DNA from: Azolla caroliniana
Taxonomy: Eukaryota; Plantae; Polypodiophyta
Direction: 5' to 3'
Assembly: GCA_043228905.1 (NCBI GenBank)
Contig: JBHGNT010000022.1
Coordinates: 3,658,001-3,722,000, forward strand
Length of the DNA stretch: 64,000 bases
In this document: positions 1 to 11,957 of the stretch, one piece after another
Position numbering within the stretch: position 1 is the first letter of the stretch
Layout: the number at the start of each line of letters is the position of its first letter
Made by a program: the position numbers and the translations under genes
The notes under the pieces: model-generated
Database searches by the model: none
What the model was told of the DNA's origin: nothing
Seen by the model: only the letters and a program-made list of their open reading frames with translations

Positions 1-46
1 CTTCCCATTATTAGCACGACGCTCTAACCAACTGAGCTAATTGGCC
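1..46 (-). pseudogene. tRNA-Ile(AAU) copy 1, cut by window edge
   Basis: 5' half present; 3' side of the anticodon stem degraded (TGGGA). Confidence 0.85.
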
Positions 47-767
47 ATACACATAAAATGTTCCTTTTCACATTTTGAAAGTATCCAAAAACGTTATATA
101 CTCGTGCGACAAGAATGAATAAATAAATCCTTTCGAAACTTGTTATAGAGGTTTCTTGTTTGTGTTGCCTTTTCCTAATTATCATTTTATCCCCAACGTG
201 TAGATGTAGTCTATAATGATCGTTTTATATTACAAGTTATGAATTTATCCTCAACAAGCATACCCAATCAATAATGATCGATTTGGACTAAAAGGTATGA
301 TTTTATACTCTGGATATAGACCCAATGGTGAATGTTCACGACTTAATATGACTAAGTAGCTGAGCTTTTGTTTTTAATTTTTCTATTTGAAGTAAAGCCA
401 ATAACGAAGGATGATTTTATCTATAAGTGATCAATCAATATACTCGTGTTTTTAATTTTTCTATTTGAAGTAAAGTCAATAACGAAGGATCATTTTGATC
501 TATAAGTGATCAATCTATTCTCAAAAAATATGCCCAATCATGAATGATGATTTCCCTTTTTGAAGTTATTAATTTAATCTGAACAAGTATACCCAAATCA
601 TGAATGATCATTATTGTTTCCTTTATTCAATTTGAACTTATCACTTTGTACGCAACATACATACTTTTGTTTTAAATTTTTTTAGTATTTATCAACAAAC
701 TTGATGGCTACTGGAATGGTGAAGTTGTTAGAGAGCTTGGGAAATACTAATGAAGAATAGTTCATTG

Positions 768-841
768 TGGCCAATGGAGGTTTCGAACCTACGACCTTCA
801 CGTTATTAGCACGACGCTCTAACCAACTGAGCTAATTCACC
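768..841 (-). pseudogene. tRNA-Ile(AAU) copy 2, acceptor stem mismatched
   Basis: 5' end reads GGTGAAT against 3' ATTGGCC. Confidence 0.85.
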
Positions 842-1163
842 ATGTCTATTTTATATATTGCCAAGCATACACATAAAATGTTTCCTTTTCATATTTTGAA
901 ACTACACGAAAACGTTATATACTCGTGCGACATGAATGAATAAATAAATCTTTACCAAACTTGTTGTAGAGGCTTCCTGTTTGTGTCGCCTTTTCCTAAT
1001 TATGATTTTATCCTCAACGTGTAGATGTAATCTCTAATGATCGTTTTGTATTAGAAGTTATCATTTTATCGTAACGAAGAATACGCAATCAAGAATGATC
1101 GATTTGGACTAAAAGTTTTGACTTTATACTCTGGATATAGACCCAATCGTGAATGTTCACGAC

Positions 1164-1790
1164 TGTCCCACAACCAATCACATGACTCCACTCTGACATA
1201 GTGTCCTGGTGGTCCCACCTAGAACAACTCCAGCCCCTCCTCCGCAAAGCCATCACGAGCAACCTCCACCAAGCACAGCTACGCCAAAAACGACAACACG
1301 ATGCAGGCCGCGCCGACCATCAATACCATGTCGGCGACAAAGTCCTCATCTATTTCCCCATCCGTCGTCACGGCCGATGAATCGGTCCCTTCGAAGTTCA
1401 AAACCAGATACGCAACACTACATATCTGCTCCGTCGCACCTCCAACAACCGCTCTACCTTCGCCCACCAGTCTCGCATGAAGCCCTTCCATCAGCTACCA
1501 TTGCCCCCGTCCACACTCATGCCCACGCCCCCGCCCGTGTCATCCCCCCACCTAGAACCGTCGTCCACGCCCCGTGGCGATCCGACTGCACAATAAATTT
1601 ATTTTACAAGGGGGAACTGTGGCGGTCACATGGACAACACCCAAATTAGGCCACCTAAATTAGGCCCCTACAAGGCCCCCATAATTAGAAGAGCTAATTG
1701 AAGCGGGAGAACATCCTCCACGCGATGAGTAGTCTATAAAATGTAACTTGGAACGTAATGGAAAGTGAGCTATTCTTGAGAGCATTTCAG
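1164..1790 (+). mobile_element. Truncated LTR-like insertion
   Basis: GC-rich non-array sequence starting TGTCC, with TATAAAA near 1735. The array resumes at an earlier unit position, so there is no TSD. Confidence 0.55.
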
Positions 1791-2539
1791 AATATACTCG
1801 TGTGCCATGAATGAATAAATAAATCTTTTCCAAAGTTGTTGTAGAGGTTTCCTGTTAGTGTTGCCTATTCGTAATTATCATTTTATCTTCGATGTGTAGA
1901 TGTATTCCCTGATGATTGTCTTTTATTAGAAGTTATCATTTTATCGTGAAGAAGCATACCCAATCAAGAATGATCGATTTGGACTAAAAGTTATGATTTT
2001 ATCCTCAGGATATATAGCCAATCATGAATGTTCACGACTTAGTATGGCTAAGTAGCTTACCTTCTGTTTTTACTTTTTCTATTTGAAGTAAAGCCAATGA
2101 CGAATGATGATTTTGATCTATAAGTGATCAATCTATTCTCAAGAAATATGCCGAATCATGAATGATCATTTTCCTCTTCGAAGTTATTAATTTATTCTCA
2201 ATAAGTATACCCAATCCTTAATCATCATTTTGGTTTCCTTTATTCAATTTAAAGTTATCACTTTGTATTCAAAGGAAACCAAATCATGAAAGATCATTTT
2301 ATATGACAGGTTATACATCTAATCTCAAATTTAGCCAATCTTGAAAGATATGTCTAGATTGTAAGTTATAATTTTATCCTAAAAGTGTATAACCAATCGA
2401 CAAAAATCTCGCCTTTATATGCGGCAAGATACATACTTTTGTTTTAAATTTTTCTAGTCGTTGTCAACAAACTTTAGGGCTATTGGAATAGTAAAGTCGT
2501 TAGGGAGCTTGGGAAATACTAACGAAGACCAATTCATTG

Positions 2540-2613
2540 TGGCCAATGGAGGTTTCAAACTTGCGACCTTCGCGTTCTTAGCATGAAGCTCTAACCAACT
2601 GAGCTAATTCGCC
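2540..2613 (-). pseudogene. tRNA-Ile-derived copy 3, anticodon AAG, B-box mutated
   Basis: Anticodon loop CTAAGAA; T-loop TTTGAAA. Confidence 0.85.
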
Positions 2614-3424
2614 CTATTTGATATATTGCGAAGCCTAAACATAAAATGTTTCCCTTTCATATTTTGAAAGTATACGAAAACGTTATATACTCATGCGACA
2701 TGAATGAATAAATAAATCTTTTCCATACTGGTTGTAGAGGTTTCATGTTTGTGTTTCCTTTTCCTAATTATAATTTTATCCTCAACGTGTAGATGTATTC
2801 TCTAATGATCGTTTTGTATTAGAAGTTATCATTTTATCGTAAAGAAGCATACCCAATGAAAAATCCTCGATTTGTACTAAAAGTTACGATTTTATCCTCA
2901 GGATACATAACGAATCGTGAATGTTCACGAGGTAATATGGCTAGTCGCTTACCTTTTGTTTTTAATTTTTGTATTTGAGATAAACCAAATGACGAATAAT
3001 GATTTTAATTTATAAGTGATCAATCTATTCTCAAGAAATATGCCCAATCATGAATTTCCTTTTCGAAATTATTAATTTATTCTCAACAAGTATACCCAAT
3101 CATGAATGATCCTTTTGGTTTCCTTCATTCAATTCGAAGTTATCACTATGTATTTGAAGGAAACCAAATCAGAAAAGATCATTTTATATGAGAAGTTATA
3201 TATTTAATCTAAATTTTAGCCAATCTATAAGGATATGTTTGGATTATAGGTTATAATTTTATCCTAAAGGGGTATAACCAATCAACAATAATCTCACCTT
3301 AATATGCGGCCACATACATACTTTTGTTTTAAATTTTTCTAGTCTTTGTCAACAAACTTAATGGCTATTGGAATGGTGAAGTCATTAGAGAGCTTGGGAA
3401 ATACTAACGAAGACCAGTTCATTG

Positions 3425-3498
3425 TGTTCAATAGAGATTTCGAACCTGCGACCTTCGCGTTCTTAGCACGCTACTCTAACCAACTCACCTAATGAGCC
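3425..3498 (-). pseudogene. tRNA-Ile-derived copy 4, anticodon AAG, degenerate
   Basis: Several acceptor- and D-stem mismatches; loop CTAAGAA. Confidence 0.85.
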
Positions 3499-4406
3499 AT
3501 GTCTATTTTATATATTGCCAAGCCAACACATAGAATGTTTCCTCTTTATATTTTCAAAGTATATGGAAACATTATATACTTGTGCAACATGAATGAATAA
3601 ATAAATCTTTCCAAAACTTGTTGTAGAAGTTTCCTATTTGTGGTACCTTTTCCTAATTATCATTTTATCCTCAACGTGTAGATGTAGTCTCTAATGATCT
3701 TTTTGTATTAGAAGTTATCATTTTACTCTAACCAAGCACACCCAATCAAGAACGTTAGATTTGGACAAAAAGTTATGATTTTATCCTTACGATATATACC
3801 CAATCGTGAATGTTCACAACTTAATATGGTTAAATAGCTTAGTTTTTGTTTTTAATTATTCTTTTTGAGGTAAAGCTAATAACGAAGGATGATTTTATCT
3901 ATAAGTGATCAATCTATTGTCAAGAAATATGCCCAATCATGAATAATCATTTTCCTTTTTGAAATTATTAATTTATTATCAACAAGTATAGCCAATCCTT
4001 TTCCTTTTGGTTTCCCAATCATGAATGATCCTTTTGGTTTCCTTCATTCAATTCGAGACTATCGCTTCGACGGAAACCAAATCATGAATGATCCTTTTGG
4101 TTTCCTTCATTCAATTCGAGACTATCGCTTTGTATTCGACGGAAACCAAATCATGACTGATCATTTTATATGAGAAGTTATCAATTTAAACTCAATTTAA
4201 GCCAATCTTGAAGGATATGTGTGGATTACAAGTTACTATTTGATTCTAAAGGTGTGTAGCCAATCGACAATAATCTCGCCTTAATATGCGCCAACATACA
4301 TATTTCTGTTTTAAATTTTGCTTGTGGTTGTCTAAAAACTTTGTGGCTATTCGTATGGTGAAGTTGTTAGAGAGCATAGGAAATACTAACAAAGACCAGT
4401 TCATCG

Positions 4407-4480
4407 TGGCCAATGGAGGTATCGGACCAGCGACCTTCGTGTTACTAGCACGACGCTCTAACAAACTGAGCTAATTGGCC
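4407..4480 (-). pseudogene. tRNA-Ile-derived copy 5, anticodon AGT
   Basis: TCGTG-CTAGTAA-CACGA; T-loop TCCGATA; G18 lost. Confidence 0.85.
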
Positions 4481-5331
4481 ATGTTTATTTAATATTTTGC
4501 CAAGCCGACACATGAAAGGTTTCCTTTCCATATTTTGAAAGTATACAAAAACTTTATATACTCGTGCGACATGAATGAATTAATAAATCTTTTCCAAACA
4601 TGTTGTAGAGGTTTCTTGTGTGTGTTGCCTTTTCCAAATTATCATTTTATCCTCAACCTGTAGATGTGCTCTCTAATGATCATTTTGTGTTAGAAGTTAT
4701 CATTTTATCAAAACAAAGAATACCCAATCAAGAATGATCGATTTGGACTAAAAGTTTCGACTTTATACTTAGAATATAGACCCTTCACGTGTAGATGTAT
4801 TATTGTTTTATCGTCAACGTGTAAATATATTCTCTAATCATCGTTTTGTATTAGAAGTTATCATTTTATGGTAAAGAAGTATACCCAATCAATAATGATC
4901 GATTTTGACTAAAGGTTATGATTCTACCGTCACGATATATACCCTTAACGTGGAGATGGATTATCATTTTATCCTCATCGTGTAGACATATTCTTTTGGT
5001 TTCCCAATCATGAATGATACTTTTGGTTCCCTTCATTCAATTCGAGACTATCACTTTGTATTCGACGGAAACCAAATCATGAATGATCATTTTATATGAG
5101 AAGTTATCAATTTAATCTCAATTTTACCCAATCTTGAAAAATATATGTGGATTACAAGTTACTATTTTATTCTAAAGGTGTGTAGCCAATGGACAATAAT
5201 CTCGCCTTAATATGCGGCAACATACATATTTCTCTTTTAAATTTGCTTGTCGTTGTCTACATACTTTATGGCTATTCGTATGGTGAAGGTGTTAGAGAGC
5301 TTGGGAAATACTAACGAAGACCAATTCATCG

Positions 5332-5405
5332 TGGCCAATGGAGGTTTCGAACCTGAGACCTTCGCGTTATTACCACGACGCTCTAACCAACTGAGCTAAT
5401 TGGCC
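5332..5405 (-). tRNA. tRNA-Ile(AAU) copy 6 (C32G, G49T)
   Basis: A and B boxes intact; extra T-stem mismatch. Confidence 0.75.
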
Positions 5406-5955
5406 ATGTTTATTTAATATTTTGCCAAGCCGACACATAAAAGGTTTCCTTTCCATATTTTGAAAGTATACAAAAACTTTATATACTCGTGCGACATGAA
5501 TGAATAAATAAATTTTTTCCAAACATGTTGTAGAGGTTTCCTATGTGTGTTGCCTTTTCCTAATTACAATTTTATCCTCAATCGTTATGATACTACCTAA
5601 TCGTGTAGATGTATTATTTTGGTTTCCCAATCATGAATGATCCTTTTGGTTTCCTTCATTCAATTACAAGCTATCGCTTTGTATTCGACGGAAACCAAAT
5701 CATGAATGGTCATTTTATACGAGAAGTTATCAATTTAATCTCAATTTTAGGCCATCTTGAAGGATATGTGTGGATTACAAGTTACTATTTTATTCTAAAG
5801 GTGTGTAGCCAATCGACAATAATTTGGCCTTAATATGCGCCAACATACATATTTCTGTTTTAAATTTTGCTTCTCGTTGTCTACAAACTTTGTGGATATT
5901 CGTATGGTGAAATTGTTAGAGAGCTTAGGAAATACTAACGAAGACCAGTTCATCG

Positions 5956-6029
5956 TGGCCAATGGAGGTTTCGAACCTGAGACCTTCGCGTTATTACCAC
6001 GACGCTCTAACCAACTGAGCTAATTGGCC
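5956..6029 (-). tRNA. tRNA-Ile(AAU) copy 7 (same sequence as copy 6)
   Basis: Lies in a near-exact 624-bp duplication. Confidence 0.75.
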
Positions 6030-6579
6030 ATGTTTATTTAATATTTTGCCAAGCCGACACATAAAAGGTTTCCTTTCCATATTTTGAAAGTATACAAAAA
6101 CTTTATATACTCGTGCGACATGAATGAATAAATAATTTTTTTCCAAACATGTTGTAGAGGTTTCCTATGTGTGTTGCCTTTTCCTAATTACAATTTTATC
6201 CTCAATCGTTATGATACTACCTAATCGTGTAGATGTATTATTTTGGTTTCCCAATCATGAATGATCCTTTTGGTTTCCTTCATTCAATTACAAGCTATCG
6301 CTTTGTATTCGACGGAAACCAAATCATGAATGGTCATTTTATACGAGAAGTTATCAATTTAATCTCAATTTTAGGCCATCTTGAAGGATATGTGTGGATT
6401 ACAAGTTACTATTTTATTCTAAAGGTGTGTAGCCAATCGACAATAATTTGGCCTTAATATGCGCCAACATACATATTTCTGTTTTAAATTTTGCTTCTCG
6501 TTGTCTACAAACTTTGTGGATATTCGTATGGTGAAATTGTTAGAGAGCTTAGGAAATACTAACGAAGACCAGTTCATCG

Positions 6580-6653
6580 TGGCCAATGGAGGTTTCGCAC
6601 CAGCAACCTTCGCGTTATTAGCACGACGCTCTAACAAACTGAGATAATTGGCC
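6580..6653 (-). pseudogene. tRNA-Ile(AAU) copy 8, A and B boxes mutated
   Basis: T-loop TGCGAAA; G18 lost. Confidence 0.85.
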
Positions 6654-7344
6654 ATGTTTATTTAATATTTTGCCAAGCCGACACATGAAAGGTTTCCTTT
6701 CCATATTTTGAAAGTATACAAAAACTTTATATCCTCGTGCGACATGAATGAATAAATAAATCTTTTCCAAACATGTTATAGAGGTTTCTTGTGTGTGTTG
6801 CCTTTTCCTAATTATCATTTTATCCTCAACCTATAGATGTGCTCTCTAATGATCGTTTTGTATTAGAAGTTATCATTTTATCGTAACAAAGAATACCCAA
6901 TCAAGAATGATCGATTTTGACTAAAGGTTATGATTCTACCGTCACGATATATACCCTTAACGTGGAGATGGATTATCATTTTATCCTCATCGTGTAGACA
7001 TATTCTTTTGGTTTCCCAATCATGAATGATCCTTTTGGTTTCCTTCATTCAATTCGAGACTATCGCTTTGTATTCGACGGAAACCAAATCATGAATGATC
7101 ATTTTATATGAGAAGTTATCAATTTAATCTCAATTTTACCCAATCTTGAAGAATATGTGTGGATTACAAGTTACTATTTTATTCTAAAGGTGTGTAGCCA
7201 ATGGACAATAATCTCGCCTTAATATGCGCCAACATCCATATTTCTGTTTTAAATTTTGCTTGTTGTTGTCTACATACTTTATGGCTATTCGTATGGTGAA
7301 GGTGTTAGAGAGCTTGGCAAATACTAACGAAGACCAATTCATCG

Positions 7345-7418
7345 TGGGCAATGGAGGTTTCGAACCTACGACCTTCGCGTTATTAGCACGACGCTCTAAC
7401 CAACTGAGCTAATTGGCC
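7345..7418 (-). tRNA. tRNA-Ile(AAU) copy 9
   Basis: One acceptor-stem mismatch; C50T. Confidence 0.75.
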
Positions 7419-7968
7419 ATGTTTATTTAATATTTTGCCAAGCCGACACATAAAAGGTTTCCTTTCCATATTTTGAAAGTATACAACAACTTTATATACT
7501 CGTGCGACATGAATGAATAAAAAATAAATTTCCAAACATGTTGTAGAAGTTTTCTATATGTGTTGCCTTTTCCTAATTATCATTTTATCCTCAATCGTTA
7601 TGATACTACCTAATCGTGTAGATGTATTCTATTGGTTTCCCTATCATGAATGATCCTTTTGGTTTCCTTCATTCAATTCCAAGCTATCGCTTTGTATTCG
7701 ACGGAAACCAAATCATGAATGATCATTTTATACGAGAAGTTATCAATTTAATCTAAATTTTAGGCCATCTTGAAGGATATGTGTGGATTACAAGTTACTA
7801 TTTTATTCTAAAGGTGTGTAGCCAATCGACAATAATTTGGCCTTAATATGCGCCAACATACATATTTCTGTTTTAAATTTTGCTTCTCGTTGTCTACAAA
7901 CTTTGTGGATATTCGTATGGTGAAATTGTTAGAGAGCTTAGGAAATACTAACGAAGACCAGTTCATCG

Positions 7969-8042
7969 TGGCCAATGGAGGTTTCGGACCAGCAACCTTC
8001 GCGTTCTTAGCACGACGCTCTAACAAACTGAGCTAATTGGCC
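7969..8042 (-). pseudogene. tRNA-Ile-derived copy 10, anticodon AAG
   Basis: Loop CTAAGAA; T-loop TCCGAAA. Confidence 0.85.
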
Positions 8043-8893
8043 ATGTTTATTTAATATTTTGCCAAGCCGACACATGAAAGGTTTCCTTTCCATATTTTGA
8101 AAGTATACAAAAACTTTATATCCTCGTGCGACATGAATGAATAAATAAATCTTTTCCAAACATGTTGTAGAGGTTTCTTGTGTGTGTGGCCTTTTCCTAA
8201 TTATCATTTTATCCTCAACCTTTAGATGTGCTCTCTAATGATCGTTTTGTATTAGAAGTTATCATTTTATCCTAACAAAGAATACCCAATCAAGAATGAT
8301 CGATTTGGACTAAAAGTTTTGACTTTATACTCAGAATATAGACCCTCCACGTGTAGATGTATTATCGTTTTATCGTCAACGTGTAAATGTATTCTCTAAT
8401 CATCGTTTTGTATTAGAAGTTATCATTTTATGGTAAAGAAGTATACCCAATCAAGAATGATCGATTTTGACTAAACGTTATGATTCTACCGTCACAATAT
8501 ATACCCTTAACGTGGAGATGGATTATCATTTTATCCTCATCGTGTAGACATATTCTTTTGGTTTCCCAATCATGAATGATCCTTTTGGTTTCCTTCATTC
8601 AATTCGAGACTATCGCTTTGTATTCGACGGAAACCAAATCATGAATGATCATTTTATATGAGAAGTTTTCAATTTAATCTCAATTTTAGCCAATCTTGAA
8701 GAATATGTGTGGATTACAAGTTACTATTTTATTCTAAAGGTGTGTAGCAATGGACAATAATCTCGCCTTAATATGCGGCAACATACATATTTATGTTTTA
8801 AAATTTGGTTGTTGTTGTCTACAAACTTTATGGTTATTCGTATCGTGAAGGTGTTAGAGAGCTTGGGAAATACTAATGAAGACCAATTAATCG

Positions 8894-8967
8894 TGGCCAA
8901 TGGAGGTTTCGAACCTGCGACCTTCGTGTTATTAGAACGACGCTCTAACCAACTGAGCTAATTGGCC
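8894..8967 (-). tRNA. tRNA-Ile(AAU) copy 11
   Basis: 31:39 mismatch; otherwise near consensus. Confidence 0.75.
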
Positions 8968-9817
8968 ATGTTTATTTAATTTTTTTCCAAGCCGACACAT
9001 AAAAGGTTTCCTTTCCATATTTTGAAAGTATACAAAAACTTTATATACTCGTGCGACATGAATGAATAAATAAATCTCTTCCAAACATGTTGTAGAGGTT
9101 TCATGTGGGTGTTGCCTTTTCCTAATTATCGGTTTATCCTCAACGTGTAGATGTGCTCTCTAATGATCGTTTTGTATTAGAAGTTATCATTTTATCGTAA
9201 CAAAGAATACCCAATCAAGAATGATCGATTTGGACTAAAAGTTTTGACTTTATACTCAGAATATAGACCCTTCACGTGTAGATGTATTATCGTTTTATCG
9301 TCAACGTGTAAATGTATTCTCTAATCATCGTTTTGTATTAGAAGTTATCATTTTATGGTAAAGAAGTATACCCAATCAAGAATGATCGATTTTGACTAAA
9401 GGTTATGATTCTACCGTCACGATATATACCCTTAACGTGGAGATGGATTATCATTTTATCCTCATCGTGTAGACATATTCTTTTGGTTTCCCAATCATGA
9501 ATGATCCTTTTGGTTTCCTTCATTCAATTCGAGACTATCGCTTTGTATTCGACGGAAACCAAATCATGACTGATCATTTTATATGAGAAGTTATCAATTT
9601 AATCTCTATTTTACCCAATCTTGAAGAATATGTGTGGATTACAAGTTACTATTTTATTCTAAAGGTGTGTAGCAATGGACAATAATCTCGCCTTAATATG
9701 CGGCAACATACATATTTCTCTTTTAAATTTGCTTGTCGTTGTCTACATACTTTATGGCTATTCGTATGGTGAAGTTGTTAGAGAACTTGGGAAATACTAA
9801 CGAAGACCAATTCATCG

Positions 9818-9891
9818 TGGCCAATGGAGGTTTCGAACCTGAGACCTTCGCGTTATTACCACGACGCTCTAACCAACTGAGCTAATTGGCC
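9818..9891 (-). tRNA. tRNA-Ile(AAU) copy 12 (copy-6 type)
   Basis: Same C32G and G49T variant as copy 6. Confidence 0.75.
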
Positions 9892-10441
9892 ATGTTTATT
9901 TAATATTTTGCCAAGCCGACACATAAAAGGTTTCCTTTCCATATTTTGAAAGTATACAAAAACTTTATATACTCGTGCGACATGAATGAATAAATAAATT
10001 TTTTCCAAACATGTTGTAGAGGTTTCCTATGTGTGTTGCCTTTTCCTAATTATCATTTTATCCTCAATCGTTATGAGACTACCTAATTGTGTAGATGTAT
10101 TCTTTTGGTTTCCCAAACATGAATGATCTATTTGGTTTCCTTCATTCAATTACAAGCTATTGCTTTGTATTCGACGGAAACCAAATCATGAATGATCATT
10201 TTATACGAGAAGTTATCAATTTAATCTTAATTTTAGGCCATCTTGAAGGATATGTGTGGATTACAAGTTACTATTTTATTCTAAAGGTGTGTAGCCAATC
10301 GACAATAATTTCGCCTTAATATGCGCCAACATACATATTTCTGTTTTAAATTTTGCTTGTGGTTGTCTCCAAACTTTATGGCTATTCGTATGGTAATGTC
10401 CTCAGAGAGCTTGGGAAATACTAACGAAGACCAGTTCCTCG

Positions 10442-10515
10442 TGGCCAATGGAGGTTTCGAGCCTGCGACCTTCGCGTTATTAGCACAACGCTCTAACCAA
10501 CTGAGCTAATTGGCC
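10442..10515 (-). tRNA. tRNA-Ile(AAU) copy 13 (T54C)
   Basis: B-box reads GGCTCGAAACC. Confidence 0.7.
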
Positions 10516-10829
10516 ATGTGTATTTAATATTTTGCCAAGCCGACACATGAAAGGTTTCCTTTTCATATTTTGAAAGTATACAAAAACTTTATATCCTCGT
10601 GCGACATGAATGAATAAATAAATTTTTTCAAACATGTTATAGAGGTTTGCTGCTCGGGGGCTCCACTATATATAAAGAGGTTATATCACATGCGTTCATG
10701 ACATCTTTTATAAACCCCTTATACATATGGTTTTTACTATTTTAGATACCCTTCTATGAAAAAAGGACTAATAAAAATACCCCTTGGGGCCAGTATATAT
10801 TTTGAAAATAGCTCATTTTAAATGCCCTT

Positions 10830-11030
10830 ACATAAAAGTTACATGTATGTTTTATACATGTGTGTGTGTATGTATGTATGTAATATATTGTATTGCATAT
10901 GTTGTATATATTTTTATGTATGGGTTGTGTGTGTGTGTGTATGTTCATATGCATGTTTGTATTATACTATATGCGTTGTATATTTTTGTTGTATGGCATG
11001 TTTGTATGTATCTATGTGTTGTGTTTGTGT
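10830..11030. repeat. Degenerate (TATG/TG)n low-complexity tract
   Basis: Alternating purine-pyrimidine TG/TA/CA sequence. Confidence 0.9.
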
Positions 11031-11822
11031 AGTGGCTCCTGTCTATTGGACCTAAAATCATAAATATTCTTTTACTAATAAAGATTGAATAGTTCATTAT
11101 TTGGTTGGTCGATATTCTCTATTTAAACTTTATGAAATTTCATCAACAATCATCATGAATACTCCATCACTACAAGAAGTTCCTTCAAATGCTCAATTAT
11201 TTCTAACATCACAACATTATTTAACAAAGAAAAGATTAAAATATGACTAATTCAATATGTGAAGCTTATCAGGTAATATATGTGCTATATGGGTCAACCC
11301 ACATTTGACATACATATCAATCACACTATTGCCAATACAACATTTCTTTCTAATACATCTTTTCCTTAGTTGATATAGTTCGCAACAAACACATGCAAAA
11401 CCAACTTGCTATGATAATGAAACACTGAAGGTTCAAATAATGTTTCAAACAAACAATAATTCATTATACGAGAGGAAAGTAAGACGAGGGGTCTTCTTGC
11501 AATGTTTGCTTCTGCCTCTGCGAAGCTCGAGGTGGATAGCCATCACCTCAGATTGGAAATAATTGGGATTGGGGTTTCCTAAAGTAAAAATATTTCTTAT
11601 CATTTCCTTTCAATTTCAGGAATACAAAGGAAACATAACGAATACATTTTCCTAAACTATTATACATTCCTTGACAAATAAGCACAACCAAACTTGATTT
11701 CTAGTAAGCTCCTAAGAAGAATCAAGTTCAATATTTTCTCATGACTTTATTTGCATAGAAAAGGAGAAAACATGCAACAATGAGTGAAGAACAAGGCTCA
11801 ACATCCACCAAGGTCATTCACA

Positions 11823-11957
11823 TACCTGGACAATGGGACGATGAGCAAGTCTTGGTGCAACAATACTCTTCACAACTTGCCTCACAATGTAACATCAACT
11901 CCAATCAACCTATGTAGGGTCCTTCCCAAAGGAAGCACCGCCACCACAAGCTCCCCA
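11823..11957 (-). pseudogene. SAMS: S-adenosylmethionine synthetase gene fragment
   Basis: Hand translation [43 protein letters not shown] matches the SAMS/MAT motif [38 protein letters not shown].IVQV; two stop codons. Confidence 0.9.

Noticed and set aside
1209-1649. 146-aa Pro-rich ORF
   Set aside because: Low-complexity ORF with a GTG start inside a GC-rich LTR-like fragment; no homology recognised.
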